Source of the DNA: Macrostomum lignano
Lineage: Eukaryota
Length of the DNA stretch: 64,000 nt
Reading direction: 5' to 3'
NCBI GenBank assembly: GCA_002269645.1
Contig: NIVC01001530.1
Coordinates: 186,001-250,000 of the forward strand
This document shows positions 11,440-23,001 of this stretch, piece after piece; the first letter of the stretch is position 1; each line of letters opens with the position of its first letter. Made by a program: the position numbers and the translations under genes. Below the pieces are notes generated by a model that was not told the origin of the DNA, searched no databases, and worked only from the letters and a program-made list of their open reading frames with translations.

Positions 11440-12720
11440 CAGAAAAATTAAATTCTTTAATTTGTGCCTCGTGCACCGCTTCTTCAGTCTTGCGAGCATT
11501 CACCAGGCAGCCCAACACAGGCGCCCTTGTCGCGGAGCCTGGTGAGAGCGTGCTGGGCAGCAGCTGTATCGCGTCAGAGCAGCGCGATGTCGTCAGCATA
11601 CGCGAGAGTGGGAAGCGAAACAGCAGGGTGTCTCTGGAGCTGTGTCGTGCGATCATGCAAGTAGTTATAGCTGTCATCCTTTCGCGGAGAAACCGAGAAG
11701 CACGTACAACCACGAGAAAAAGCAGAGGAGCCAGCGTATCGCCCTGAAGGACGCCTGAGATGGTGCGGAACTCTTCTGTGGGGGTCATCGCTCGACATAA
11801 CAAAGGTCTTTGAGTTGCGGTAGAGGTCTATCACCGCGTGCTCACCAGCGCAGCAGGTACGCCATAATAATTATATAAAAGCAGCGCGATCGCAAGCCTG
11901 CATGGACACCGCTCGGCTGGACTGGATTCTCTACCCAACCGCCCTAGAGTCCTCAACATCCGGCGTTCAATCTGATCAACGAATGGTGACGTGCGACTTC
12001 GATCTGCACTGGCAAAAGCTCCAACCTGTGCCATCTCACCCGCTCTGGGCCGACCTGAGAAACCTGGACACGCGGCAGGTCTTCCTACGCAAGCTGCTCG
12101 CCGTTACTCCTGCTCCAGCCCGTTAAGACCAAAGAAATTTGGAAGCTTGCTGAAGCGCTTTCGCATGGTGCCATTGACAGCCATCAGATCTCTGGCCTGG
12201 ATAAAACTGGATAGAAAAGGTGAGTCGGCACTGGGGATGCCACAGTTGTTCTTCATTAGGCGGCCGTCTGCTGGCAATGGCGAGCTGAAGTCACCCAGCA
12301 ACAATGGCAGAATCATGAGCAGGGATGGAATCAAGTATGTAGCCCAGAGTGTCGTAAAGGGCTTCTGTCTCGGATGGATCTTCGCTGGTCCGGGGGCCGT
12401 TGAAGCATAGACGCAGATGATGTAAGTAAAGCCCTGTCTTTTCCTGCAAAGGAGGCGTGTCTCAGGCGCTCAGATGAAGAACCTGAGATCCAGTAACGCT
12501 CTGGAAGCTGCAGGCGAGAACAGGAAGCCGATGCCCCAGTTCCCTGGGGAGTGGCTGGGGCAGCCTTGAATTGTCAGCTGATGTTCTTGAACTGCCAGGA
12601 TGGAGATTTTGAGGTCGGCCGCCAGCCTTGTCAGCTCCTGCAGTCTCCTGAAGATGTGGCCGACTTGTCTGCTGCTTGGCTCTGCTTGTGCGTTTGTGCT
12701 GCTTCATACTCGAACCAGGA
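11440..12720 (-). mobile_element. Decayed, internally deleted non-LTR retrotransposon (RTE-like; APE endonuclease plus RT fragments)
   Basis: Frameshifted fragments ELTRLAADLKISILAVQEH, GIGFLFS, ICVYAST, LLGDFS, RLDWIL, SDQRMV (APE) and GVLQGDTLAPLLF, LAYADDIALL (RT). Confidence 0.88.
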
Positions 12721-15700
12721 TATCTGTATAATCTATTTTATATTGAGTTACATGTCCTTACGCACTGTACATCTTTTACTATTGATGTAGACACGTCCGG
12801 GGCCTCCCACTAATTTTTGCGCACCCTCCCTTCCTCCCCAGTGATTCCCGCGCCCCAGTGATTATACTCATTGGGATAAGGCATCACGATGACTCATGCT
12901 TGTTGCCCACCCCACTCACCCGCGCACCCACCCCATCTCATTTCTATTGTTCGAAATGATTCATGCGTGTGATAGTTTTTGACCCCTATATTCCCATCTT
13001 TTTTCTGCCTGTTACGGAATCTTCCATCATACATGTAAATCATTTTTCTCCGCTGCGCCCCACTCCGATTTCTCGTCCAATCACAGCGCGGCTGGCGGGT
13101 GACGTCATCATGGTTGCTTGGTAACAAGTCAAGGACAAGTCACGGTCTTAAATATCACGTATCACGTTCACGAAGGTCCTTGACCTTCCTGACCGCCGGG
13201 ACATTAGCTATTCAACTATTTGTTGCTTCTGTCTGTCTACGTTTTTACCTTGAGTCGTAGTATGAAGTATGAGTAGTGAGTAAACCTGTCGCAGGGCATG
13301 AAATAGAAGCTGAGGAATAGAGTGGAAGATCACCAAGTATAAGCCGATCGAATTCAACCAAATAATCATATCAGTAATTCTAAATAAGTCCATGTTAAAC
13401 TGTGCACCACGAGGGAGCTCTGGGACCTGCACTTACCCATCCCCTGCCGCATCAAACCCATTTAGAAAAAAGACATTAAAATAGCGTTACCTATTATCCA
13501 CCTTTGGAATCTTGGGGCTTAGGAGGGAATCGCTCACCAGCTAAAAGATCTCTTTATACAGAAGTTCTTGTTTCCAGCACCGATTAGACTGTCCTTGTAT
13601 GCCTCGCCTTGTATAGCTATTTCTAGTATAGTTGGGGTCAAGAATCTTCGTCTCTTATACAGACCAGGAGTCCCGTCTCATTTGTGGGAGTTTATACCGG
13701 GTGTACTCCTGCACAGGTGACTGACTGGGGGCGGCCGCGCCTCTGGCGAGTACCTTCAAACAACCCGGGCCCGCGCTGTCTAGATAATGGGATCCTGGCC
13801 GCGATGTCAACTGCCGCACCAACCAGAGACGGAAAAAGTCCAGGGGACGAGGCCTGGTGGCTGAACCCTTTGGGACCTCGATTCAATTCAGCAAGCGAGA
13901 TGAAGAGTTAATTAAAAGACGTGCTCCATTAGAAGAGGCAACTATACCGCGTGGCAGAGGAGGCTATTCCTGCTAAATATCACTAAATATGTACATGTAG
14001 TAGACTATTAAAAAAACCTTGTCATGTGCTGCAGATAATAGAGGAGAAGTTTCGGTTTAAAACACATATAGTGTTAGCTAATTAACACCCATACTGCATG
14101 TCTAACTAAAAGTACAAACAACTCTGGGATAGCCCATATACTTTAATCGCATGTAATATTGCCCCAGTTGAGAGGAGGAAAAATCCCAGTTTTAGTGTTG
14201 TCTCTATATCTCAGAACCAGAACCCTGGGGATTTAAGGAATAGCAAAGCCCGGAGGACATCATGCACTCTCTAGGTCGAAAAAAATCCCCACTACTTCGT
14301 TGATACCTCGATCACACAGTCTCTTAGATCGGCCAGGATTTTCTGGCATGCTGGGAGCCCCTTTTCATTTGTGAAACCCCCCCTGCAGCACTTTTTGCAG
14401 GTCATGGCAGGTACCGGTATCTACGCTCGTATAACTATAAAACACCCCGGAGCCGCGCTAATTTAGTTCGAGGGACAAGCGTACCGATCGTTATTATCAC
14501 TATTCGTCAAAACTGCAAAACCTTTTGTACATTAATGCATTCTTAATGGGAGCTAAATTTAGAAATAGGGCAGTCTGTAGACAGCTATGCGTTCATGCAA
14601 AACGTTTCATCCATGCAGTTTGCAAAACAATTTGCCCCACCTTAATTAATTGATTCAAGAACAGAGTGACTTTATTTGAGACTCCCGCCGATCCGCTGAA
14701 AAAATGCTTTGAATCCTTTGAACTTAGCTGGGGAACTCAGAGAACGAAGACAAAAATTGATCAATACTATTTGAGTCCTTTGGAAGCCCGAAAAATAGGA
14801 AGCCCATTGCATTGCGAGATAGCCGAGTATTTTTGTGTGACGAATAAGGCGAATAAAGACGGATTTGTGTAGCGGTTAATTTAGATAGTTCACGATTAAT
14901 TAGCAGATCGGCAAGCCGCTTCAACCCTTAGACTTTTGCTAGTGCTACTTAAAATTGCTGGATCACTTAATTAATTAATTGGTGTGCCAAGGTAGACGGC
15001 GGAAGAGTTGGTGTAAGGAGGCCAGACAGCGTCACAGCTAAGGGTTAGCGAGCCTAGGTCGAGAAGCGAAGCAAGGGGAAGGGCGAGAGCGGCTGCTGAC
15101 TGCAGTGTAAGCATATATTTAAAGGTAAACAGATAACAACAACACCGACCCTAATCCAAAACCCAGACAAACAACCCCCCACGCGGCGCGCAATGTACAT
15201 GTACAAATTAATCGATAAATATATCATGCAAGAATAACATACGTCAGTACAAGTACATAGGTAGAACTACTTTACGACAAATAATAACGATATGAATGAA
15301 ATACAAATAATAGAATAAATACGAGCGTACATACGAGGCTACAAAAACAAAGCAATTAACAGTAAAAATAGCGCGATAATAATACGTACGAATATTGTTA
15401 AAATAAATGAAAGAATACAGTAGTAGTACGGTATGCATACGAAAATAAAGAAATACGATACACGCTTCTACGAATCACACTGTCACATTTGACGTCCAGC
15501 AGATAGTCGTGGGTAACGAAATCCAGTTCTTCAGTAAACAATCCAACAAATGATCATCTTCGAGAATGCCGCTGTAGGTGTTGTGGTATTCTGGTCTTAT
15601 TCCCAAATGGGCTACAAGAAACTCTAATATTTTGAGTTTGAGTTGCACGCTCTAGCTGAGTGTACAATAAGACCTTTCGTAATCATATAATATCGTTAGA

Positions 15701-16233
15701 TCAATGAAGTTTCAATTAAGTGATGTTAATGTTCATTATTGTTCAAATATGCGACTGTTCTATACAAAAACAGCAGATGACACAAAAGGCAGGACATTAT
15801 TCTTGCTTAAAACCTTTAAATTGTAAAGAGGGCAAGAAAGTCGGTTGCTAGGATTCTAACAGCATCAACAAGAACAACAGATTAGACCTGAAAAGCTGTT
15901 AAAAAGAATTTTGTTGGACTGCCGCTGTTTGTTTAGTGTAAAATATTTTCCAGGCAAGCAAGGAAACACGGGGCGGTTTGTCGTACGATTAAGGTGGAAG
16001 CAAGGTGGGTAGAGCTGTGAAGAACAGAGTGTACAGGTAAATGCTGTACGAGTGTACACTTCCAGTAGGTCTGCACACCTCACTCTTTCAGCCACTAAGG
16101 GTCAACTGGGACTATACATATAGCTACCTCTAGTACTCTAAAATATGATTCTGTATCTACGGAAAGGGCCTTCTTGGATTAAAGTAGCTGGCGATACTGA
16201 CTAAACTAACGCTACACAAGCAAAAGTGCTGCA

Positions 16234-16659
16234 ATGTCAAATCTAAAGGTGACCGTTGTCGGTGCCGGAGTTGTTGGCTTATCAACCGCATGCGCCTTCC
16301 AGCGAGCCTTCCCCAATGCCGACCTCACCGTGGTGGCAGCTGATATCGACTCGGGCATTGTGAGCTATGTAGCAGCTGGCTACCTGAGTCCGACTGTTGC
16401 CAAAATGCCCACATCGGACCTGGCTGTACTGGGAAAATGGACAGCCGCTTCCAGCGAGCACTACAGAGCCATCGCCACATCGGCTGACTCCGACGCAGCT
16501 GGTGTTGGAATTTCGCCGTTGTGCGAGCTCAGCGACAAGCCGAACGCTGAGGAGCCATTTTTTGCACCCTACGTGTTCTCCTGCCGACGCTTGACAGACG
16601 AGCAGCTCGACTATTTGCTACCGAATGCCAGGAGTGCCGGCATTGCAACCGGATTTCAG
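16234..16659 (+). CDS. D-amino-acid/D-aspartate oxidase family, exon 1
   Basis: N-terminal Rossmann motif VTVVGAGVVGLSTA and SYVAAG. Donor TTTCAG|gtcagt (phase 0). Confidence 0.92.
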
Positions 16660-16771
16660 GTCAGTTTTGGTTGTTTATTCTCGTTATGAATTTTAAGGGC
16701 TTTTTACGATAACGTTTCTTGGAAAAAACCCGCAGAAATTTTGCCGTTTTATCCACTAACCTGCATGTATA

Positions 16772-17051
16772 CTCAGCAACATTGAAAATTCACCATCACA
16801 AAAGATTCCGTCTGTGGTCGCCACTTTTAATCGTGCAGGTAAAGTCTATATAATCTTGCGAGTGACACAAATTATCTATTCCACGCGACAGACTTCAGTT
16901 GAAGAATGAAGTGGGGGAGCGGTGTGCGAGGGTTGAACGGATTAAAGCTGCGAGCTCGCACTCCTCAGTTTTCTCGTATCTTTTATTTCAGAATTGTTCA
17001 GGAGAAATTGCTCACTGGCGCATAGAGTGGCGAATTTTCAATGTTGCTGAG
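16772..17051. mobile_element. Tc1/mariner-type MITE, 280 bp, in the oxidase intron
   Basis: About 24-bp TIR CTCAGCAACATTGAAAATTC(A/G)CCA flanked by TA on both sides. Confidence 0.8.
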
Positions 17052-17388
17052 TATATATTAGTAGGTGTTGATTAGAGACCTACATGAATATTAGCGATGT
17101 TTTTTTATGCAGACATCGTGCATTCTTGCAAGATATATTTTTAAACTACTTTGAAGTAGATAGAAAATACATATTCATAGCATTTCGATATTCGGCATTT
17201 CGGATAGCCGATCGTGAGGTGTTGCAAACATAACTGCAAAAAACTCTTGAAAATCGATTCTACGTTCGTAGTACATATTGAGCATACGAAGCATTGAGAA
17301 TACAGGGAGTTTAAAATGTACGAGTCTTAACTTCAAAGTTTATCGATTCATAATTTAAGCTGAATTAAGTGCTCTCATTCTGTTTTAG

Positions 17389-17994
17389 GCTGTCACTGTC
17401 TACGCCCAAGGTAGTCGCTACCTGCCCTACCTGATGCACAACCTGCGCAGCGGCGGTAGAGTGACAGTGCGCCGGGAGAAACTCAACTCGCTAGCCGAGG
17501 CCGCACACGGTGGTTGCCATCTGCTGTTCAACTGTACAGGCCTGGGCGCCTCAAAGCTCTGCTCGGATCCCGATGTCTACCCTTCCCGAGGCCAGGTAGT
17601 TCGGGTCCACGCCCCGATGCAGAAGCTGGCGTTGCACGGTCCCGGCGCGTTCTACGTTTTGCCAAATCGTGACGACGTGGTAATCGGCGGTACAGCCGGC
17701 GCCGGCTCATTCGACTTGAACGTCAGCGAAACCGACACTGAGGATATTATGACGCGAGCGTATCAAATTTTGCCCGCCCTTCGTACGGCGCGTATTCTTG
17801 GCGCACACGTCGGTCTTAGGCCCTATCGACGCGGTGGCAGCCGGCTGGAGGTTGATCGAGGCTTACTCGACGGCTTGCCGGTAGTGCATAACTATTGCCA
17901 CGGCGCCAACGGTGTCGGGCTGAGCTGGGGTTCAGCGGTACACGCGGTTGAACTGGCCACTGAGGCGCTGCGCAGCGGTCGGCCGAGGATGTGA
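17389..17994 (+). CDS. D-amino-acid/D-aspartate oxidase family, exon 2
   Basis: Acceptor ttttag|GCT. Motifs NCTGLGA, YPSRGQVVRVHAP, VIGGT, VGLRPYR and VVHNYCHG...SWGSA; C-terminal PRM resembles a PTS1. Confidence 0.93.
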   Translation, partial: AVTVYAQGSRYLPYLMHNLRSGGRVTVRREKLNSLAEAAHGGCHLLFNCTGLGASKLCSDPDVYPSRGQVVRVHAPMQKLALHGPGAFYVLPNRDDVVIGGTAGAGSFDLNVSETDTEDIMTRAYQILPALRTARILGAHVGLRPYRRGGSRLEVDRGLLDGLPVVHNYCHGANGVGLSWGSAVHAVELATEALRSGRPRM

Positions 17995-18707
17995 ACTAAA
18001 CCCGAAATTGAGTTTGCGCACTCGTATTTAAACCATATTCACGCACAAGTTCAGAGACTAGTTTGCTAGAATGTAAGTACGAGTATTAAATAGTTACTTG
18101 AAGCTGTCTATTAGCAATTTTTTTATGTACCTTCTCTTTGATTTGGCGTCCAATTCACGCCAAGGACGACTGTAGTATAACAAGGACGCAAAAATTCTTA
18201 AGCCAACACAAGAGTGTTGTTTAATCTAAATTCATATCAGTAGCTCTTCCTAGACCTGACTAAATAATTAAATGTACCGGTAGACAACGTTTACCAATAT
18301 CCTTTTTCATATTGTTTTCTTTAGAGGAAAAGCTATCAATTTTTAAATTAAGGCCTAGCCTAAGGCTAAGAGTACCTGTATGCAAAACTTTTATTACTTT
18401 CATACTTGATTCAAGAGGGAAAAAACAAAAATTTCACTTGTGAGCATTTTAACAAATTTGGCTTGGGCTTATGAAATAAAAAGAAAACAATATGAAAATG
18501 AAACTTTTGCGTGCTAAATTAAAGGAATGGTAGCATTCACTGCCACAGATCAAATGCAATCAGTGATTTTGCGATGAAAAAAGAGTTTTCAGAAATTTAA
18601 TATAGCAACTATTTGGACTATAAAATTACACGATCTTTAAGTTTTACGTCCCATTATACTGCTTTGATATTTTGATATTATACTGCTTTAAAGGACTAAT
18701 TAAAAGA

Positions 18708-18880
18708 CAAGGATTACTGCGCTTGATAAACCAAGGATTATTGCACTTGATAAGCTAAGGATTACTGCACTTGATAAACCAAGGATTACTGCGCTTGATA
18801 AACCAAGTACTAGTATTACTAAGCTTGACAAACCAAGGATTACTGCGCTTGATAAGCCAATGATTATTGCACAATTGATT
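18708..18880. repeat. 24-bp tandem repeat (caaggattactgcgcttgataaac)
   Basis: About 6-7 imperfect copies. Confidence 0.85.
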
Positions 18881-18894
18881 AACCAAGTGCTTAC

Positions 18895-20140
18895 TATCGG
18901 GGGGATGCTTGCTCTCGAGGGGGAGAGGGTACTTGCTACTTGGGAGAGGGGGGTACTGCTGGCTACATGTATCTACATGTATGGGATTCTTTCTATCCAG
19001 GGATGCTTGCTATTTAGGGATTCTTGCTATCTGCAGGATGCTTATATATGGGCGGCATACTTCTTCATGTATCTGGGGGATGCTTGCTATCTGGGAGGAT
19101 GCTTGCTATCTGGGAGAATGCTTGCTATCTGGGTGGTGCTTGCTATGTGGGGGATGCTTGCTATCTGGGAGGATGCTTGCTATCTGGGTGGTGCTTGCTA
19201 TGTGGGGGATGCTTGCTATCTGGGGGGATGCTTGCTATCTGGGAGGATGCTTGCTATCTGGGAGGATGCTTGCTATCTGGGTGGTGCTTGCTATGTGGGG
19301 GATGCTTGCTATCTGGGGGGATGCTTGCTATTTGGGAGGATGCTTGCTATCTGGGAGGATGCTTGCTATCTGGGTGGTGCTTGCTATGTGGGGGATGCTT
19401 GCTATCTGGGGGGATGCTTGCTATCTGGGAGGATGCTTGCTATCTGGGGGGATGCTTGCTATCTGGGAGGATGCTTGCTATCTGGGAGGATGCTTGCTAT
19501 CTGGGTGGTGCTTGCTATGTGGGGGATGCTTGCTATCTGGGGGGATGCTTGCTATTTGGGAGGATGCTTGCTATCTGGGAGGATGCTTGCTATCTGGGTG
19601 GTGCTTGCTATGTGAGGGATGCTTGCTATGTGGGGGATGCTTGCTATCTGGGGGGTGCTTGCTATCTGGGGGATGCTTGCTATCTGGGGGATGCTTGCTA
19701 TCTGGGGGGTGCTTGCTATCTGGGGGATGCTTGCTATCTGGGGGATGCTTGCTATCTGGGGGATGCTTGCTATTTAGGGATTCTTGCTATCTGCAGGATG
19801 CTTATATCTGGGCGGCATACTTCTACATGTATCTGGGGGATGCTTGCTATCTGGGAGGATGCTTGCTATCTGGAGGGATGCTTGCTGTCTTGGGGATGTT
19901 TTCTATTTAGGGGGAATGTCTGTTATCTTTGTGAATGCTATATTCTGTTGCCTTTTTGTTAACTTTAGAAAAAAGAATTCATAGCAAACATCTTTGTCCG
20001 TGACAATTGTACTCGAATAAGGTGATTTTAAACAAATTGGAATTCGTTCTTAATTTCTTCGCTCTTTTTAATTGTTTTCCATGAATAATTATTGCTCCTT
20101 GTTTATTGCTGCGCGCCCGAGGGGGGAACTATATTGCTAG
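18895..20140 (+). mobile_element. Helitron-like non-autonomous element carrying an 18-bp satellite (gatgcttgctatctgggg, about 18895-19890)
   Basis: Array followed by a GC-rich hairpin-like cgcccgagggggg and CTAG|T at 20137-20140. The same 18-mer occurs at 57.3 and 59.7 kb. The 5' end was not identified. Confidence 0.6.
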
Positions 20141-20929
20141 TTTGGACTGTAAAATTACACAATCATTCAGTTTTACGTTCTATTATGCTACAGTGGTGTC
20201 CTTGATTCACTCAAAAATATGATAATTTTTGCAAAGAGCAAGATAAATCTAAAGTGTTCAACAGCAGAATTAGAACTAGATTTCTACACAAGAATTCTGT
20301 GAGTAATTCTAATCGTTATGATTCTGTATTCGAGATATAAAGACAATACATTAAAGCTTGAAAATGTAGGTTTTATCGATATTGCCATATATTGATCTAT
20401 GGGCATAATTTACAAACAAAAGTACTTTAATTGAAGTAGATCTTTAAAAAACTTCGAGTCTGATGCGTACACTTTATCGTTTATGGCCCGAAAAGCCCGT
20501 TTGAAATTGAGTTTGTTGATACTGAAGGGAAGCAGAAATCAGAAATTCAGAATAATACCAAACCACTTTTTAACCCAATTAGCAGCAAGTTTCAATCAGC
20601 GCGAGGAGCGATAAACTGACGGATCAGTTTTGGGCAATAAAATTTTCGTGAATGTCGCTGGAGTCTCGTCTTTTGCCGGTAAGTCGCAAAAAGAGTTCAT
20701 CAGATGGGCACATGCTTTAAATTAGTGTATTCTTTCTAAAACAAAACACCTTTATGTTTTTTGACTACCAGAGCAGCAAGTAAATTACGTAGGTCCAGTT
20801 AAACCTAAAGAATTTTACTGAGCTAAGCTTCAAGCTGCTAAATTCCCTTAATCCCTTGGAGCAATCTCTATGTACAGACATTGTTTACCTGAGCGATCTA
20901 ATCAGAGCTCTTGCCTACTTGCCTTGGCC

Positions 20930-21169
20930 ATAATAATAATTGATTACACCTGCCCCAATCGGGCCAGATGTGCAACCGACAGCTCAGCCGCAGCTATTGC
21001 GCGGCGCATCTGAAGGCTGCGTACGGCTGTTCAGTCCAAGGACTGGTGGGGGGGGGGTGTCGCCAGTCGTCACATACCCTCAATTACCCCAGTGGGTCCA
21101 GTGGGTCGAGAATCGAACCCCCGACCTTTCAGTCGTGAGTCCGACGCTCTAATCACTAGGCTACAACCC
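20930..21169 (-). mobile_element. tRNA-headed SINE copy (CORE region deleted)
   Basis: Minus strand gggttgtagcctagtgattagagcgtcggactcacgactgaaaggtcgggggttcgattctcgaccc; 3' region shared with the 7.5-kb copy; (ATT)n tail. Confidence 0.8.
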
Positions 21170-21459
21170 ATTAAAATCAACAGATTTTATATGCCTATAT
21201 TTTAAAGTCATTAGCCACCTGAGTAATCTCCTAATCTGAGGCCTTAAACTAGTTACAAGCTTGGCTCCGTGGATATCTTGTCCACGTAAACATCATTCTA
21301 TATAAAATCGATCTAGTATTAAAGTTGTGAATTTATCAATTTAACATTTGCCGCAGATCCCGTGACGCAGCAAACAGCAAAGCAAGCAAATCTCACTTTA
21401 CCGATTCGGGGCTAGATTACATCCGATAGTCCGATACAGCCAGTCGATTGCATCGCCAG

Positions 21460-22897
21460 ATGGGATTCTTTGGGCAGTACGGCCGGCTGTTGCTAGTCCT
21501 CATCAAGTTGAAGAGCTGGCGCTTCCTATTCATGCTCATTGTCATCGCCGCTCTGTTCTCTAATATCTACCTATACGACATTGTCGACTCGTGGATGCAA
21601 CAAAGGGGCGAGAAAAACCTTGTGCAGGTGGGCCCGGCAGAGTTTGGAGACCGTAACATCATAGTAGGCTTCGTCCCGGAGAAGCTTCGTGAGTTGAATA
21701 AGCTGAAAGAGATGATTGAGAGAATGACGGGTTTCGACTTCTCATCCAGCATTGAGGGCTGCGACTCGGAGGAGATCTGCAATGAGATGTATTTTCGAAA
21801 CCTACTAGGCAGGAGAAGCGGCATGCTCAGCCATTTTGTTCATTTTGGAAAATACAGAGGCGGCGCATCTCATCTCATCTGCCAAATGTCTATCGGCTCG
21901 GAAATGCATTGCCCTTTTATGGCCTACTTAGTAAGAACTTCGCAAACCTTTTTCAACGGAACAGTCCACGAGTTTCATTCAACGTCAGTGTTTCGACTAA
22001 TGTCGAAAATCCAACTGTTCGATGAAATAGTCGGTGGGGAGATGACAATATGCAAGAAAGACGCCAATTTTCCTGTGGTGTTTCCCAAGACCATTATGGC
22101 TCAGGTAATATGCGTGTTAATCACACTAGTATTCTATCTGTTCGTCAGCACAATGACATGCATCTACGAGTTAAAGCAGCACGGATACCTGCAGATCCTA
22201 TTTCGCAAAGGCTTAGGCGTTTTAGCCTATTGGGCTGCTATTTGGACCATAACGCTGTTTGAAATGGCCTTGTTTGCTGGCGTGATAACAACAGCCTATC
22301 TGGTCCAGTGCATCAGCTTTTTCTCTTCAACGCAGCTGGTTGACACCTTTGTGGGAGCTCTTTTACAATTCTGCTTAGTGGCTGCAACAGTACTGCTATT
22401 CTCTATCGTCACTAAGCAGCTAGCCCTGTCCGGAGCTTATTGTTGCACTTACCTGATAATTGTGGTGGCTATTGTTCTGGCAAACAGAATGTATCTAGCA
22501 GAGGGTCCAATATTCGTGCGATATATTCTGCTAATAATGCCAGCAGGACATTTGGCTGAGCAACTTTTTACTGGCTTGACGAATATTTCAGACAACAAAG
22601 TTGACTCTTTGATGATGCATGTTAGCGGAGGATTTCTGGCCCTGACAATATTGTTTACAGTGTATTTTGACTTTGTGTTCAAAAGCGGCAACGGCTGGAG
22701 ATTGCCGTGTACTTTCTACTTCACTAGTGGATTTTGGTCCCGTCCAAAAAAGCAACCTCAAGAAGATGACAAGGAGGCTTCCGCAATGTTCGAAGCAGCC
22801 CAGAACTGGTGGAGGGTTCTGGTAGCGACCAAGGGAATAAAAAAATCGTTTGCTTCCTGCATGACAAAGAACGAGGATGCCTTGTCAAATTTTTCCA
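21460..22897 (+). CDS. ABCA-like transporter copy 1, exon 1 (TMD1)
   Basis: ATG at 21460; TM1, a Cys-containing extracellular domain and 5 further hydrophobic segments. Donor TCCA|gtaagt (phase 1). Confidence 0.88.
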
Positions 22898-23001
22898 GTA
22901 AGTTTTTCTACTAATTAAATTTTAGATTTTTTTATATTGCAAAAATTTTTAACAAATCCAAAGAGATACAAAATCTTAACACTCAAATTCTTTCATCCCA
23001 G

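Noticed and set aside
11991-12410. 139-aa plus-strand ORF
   Set aside because: Antisense shadow of the RTE endonuclease fragment.
13200-15150. Unique moderately GC-rich stretch with several short ORFs
   Set aside because: No recognisable motif, no consistent frame, and no terminal repeats found; possibly decayed element or UTR, but unsupported.
18860-19984. Long Cys/Gly/Leu-rich ORFs (up to 333 aa) in all three frames; likewise at 57.2-57.9 and 59.7-60.3 kb
   Set aside because: The 18-bp satellite monomer lacks stop codons; there is no unique coding sequence.
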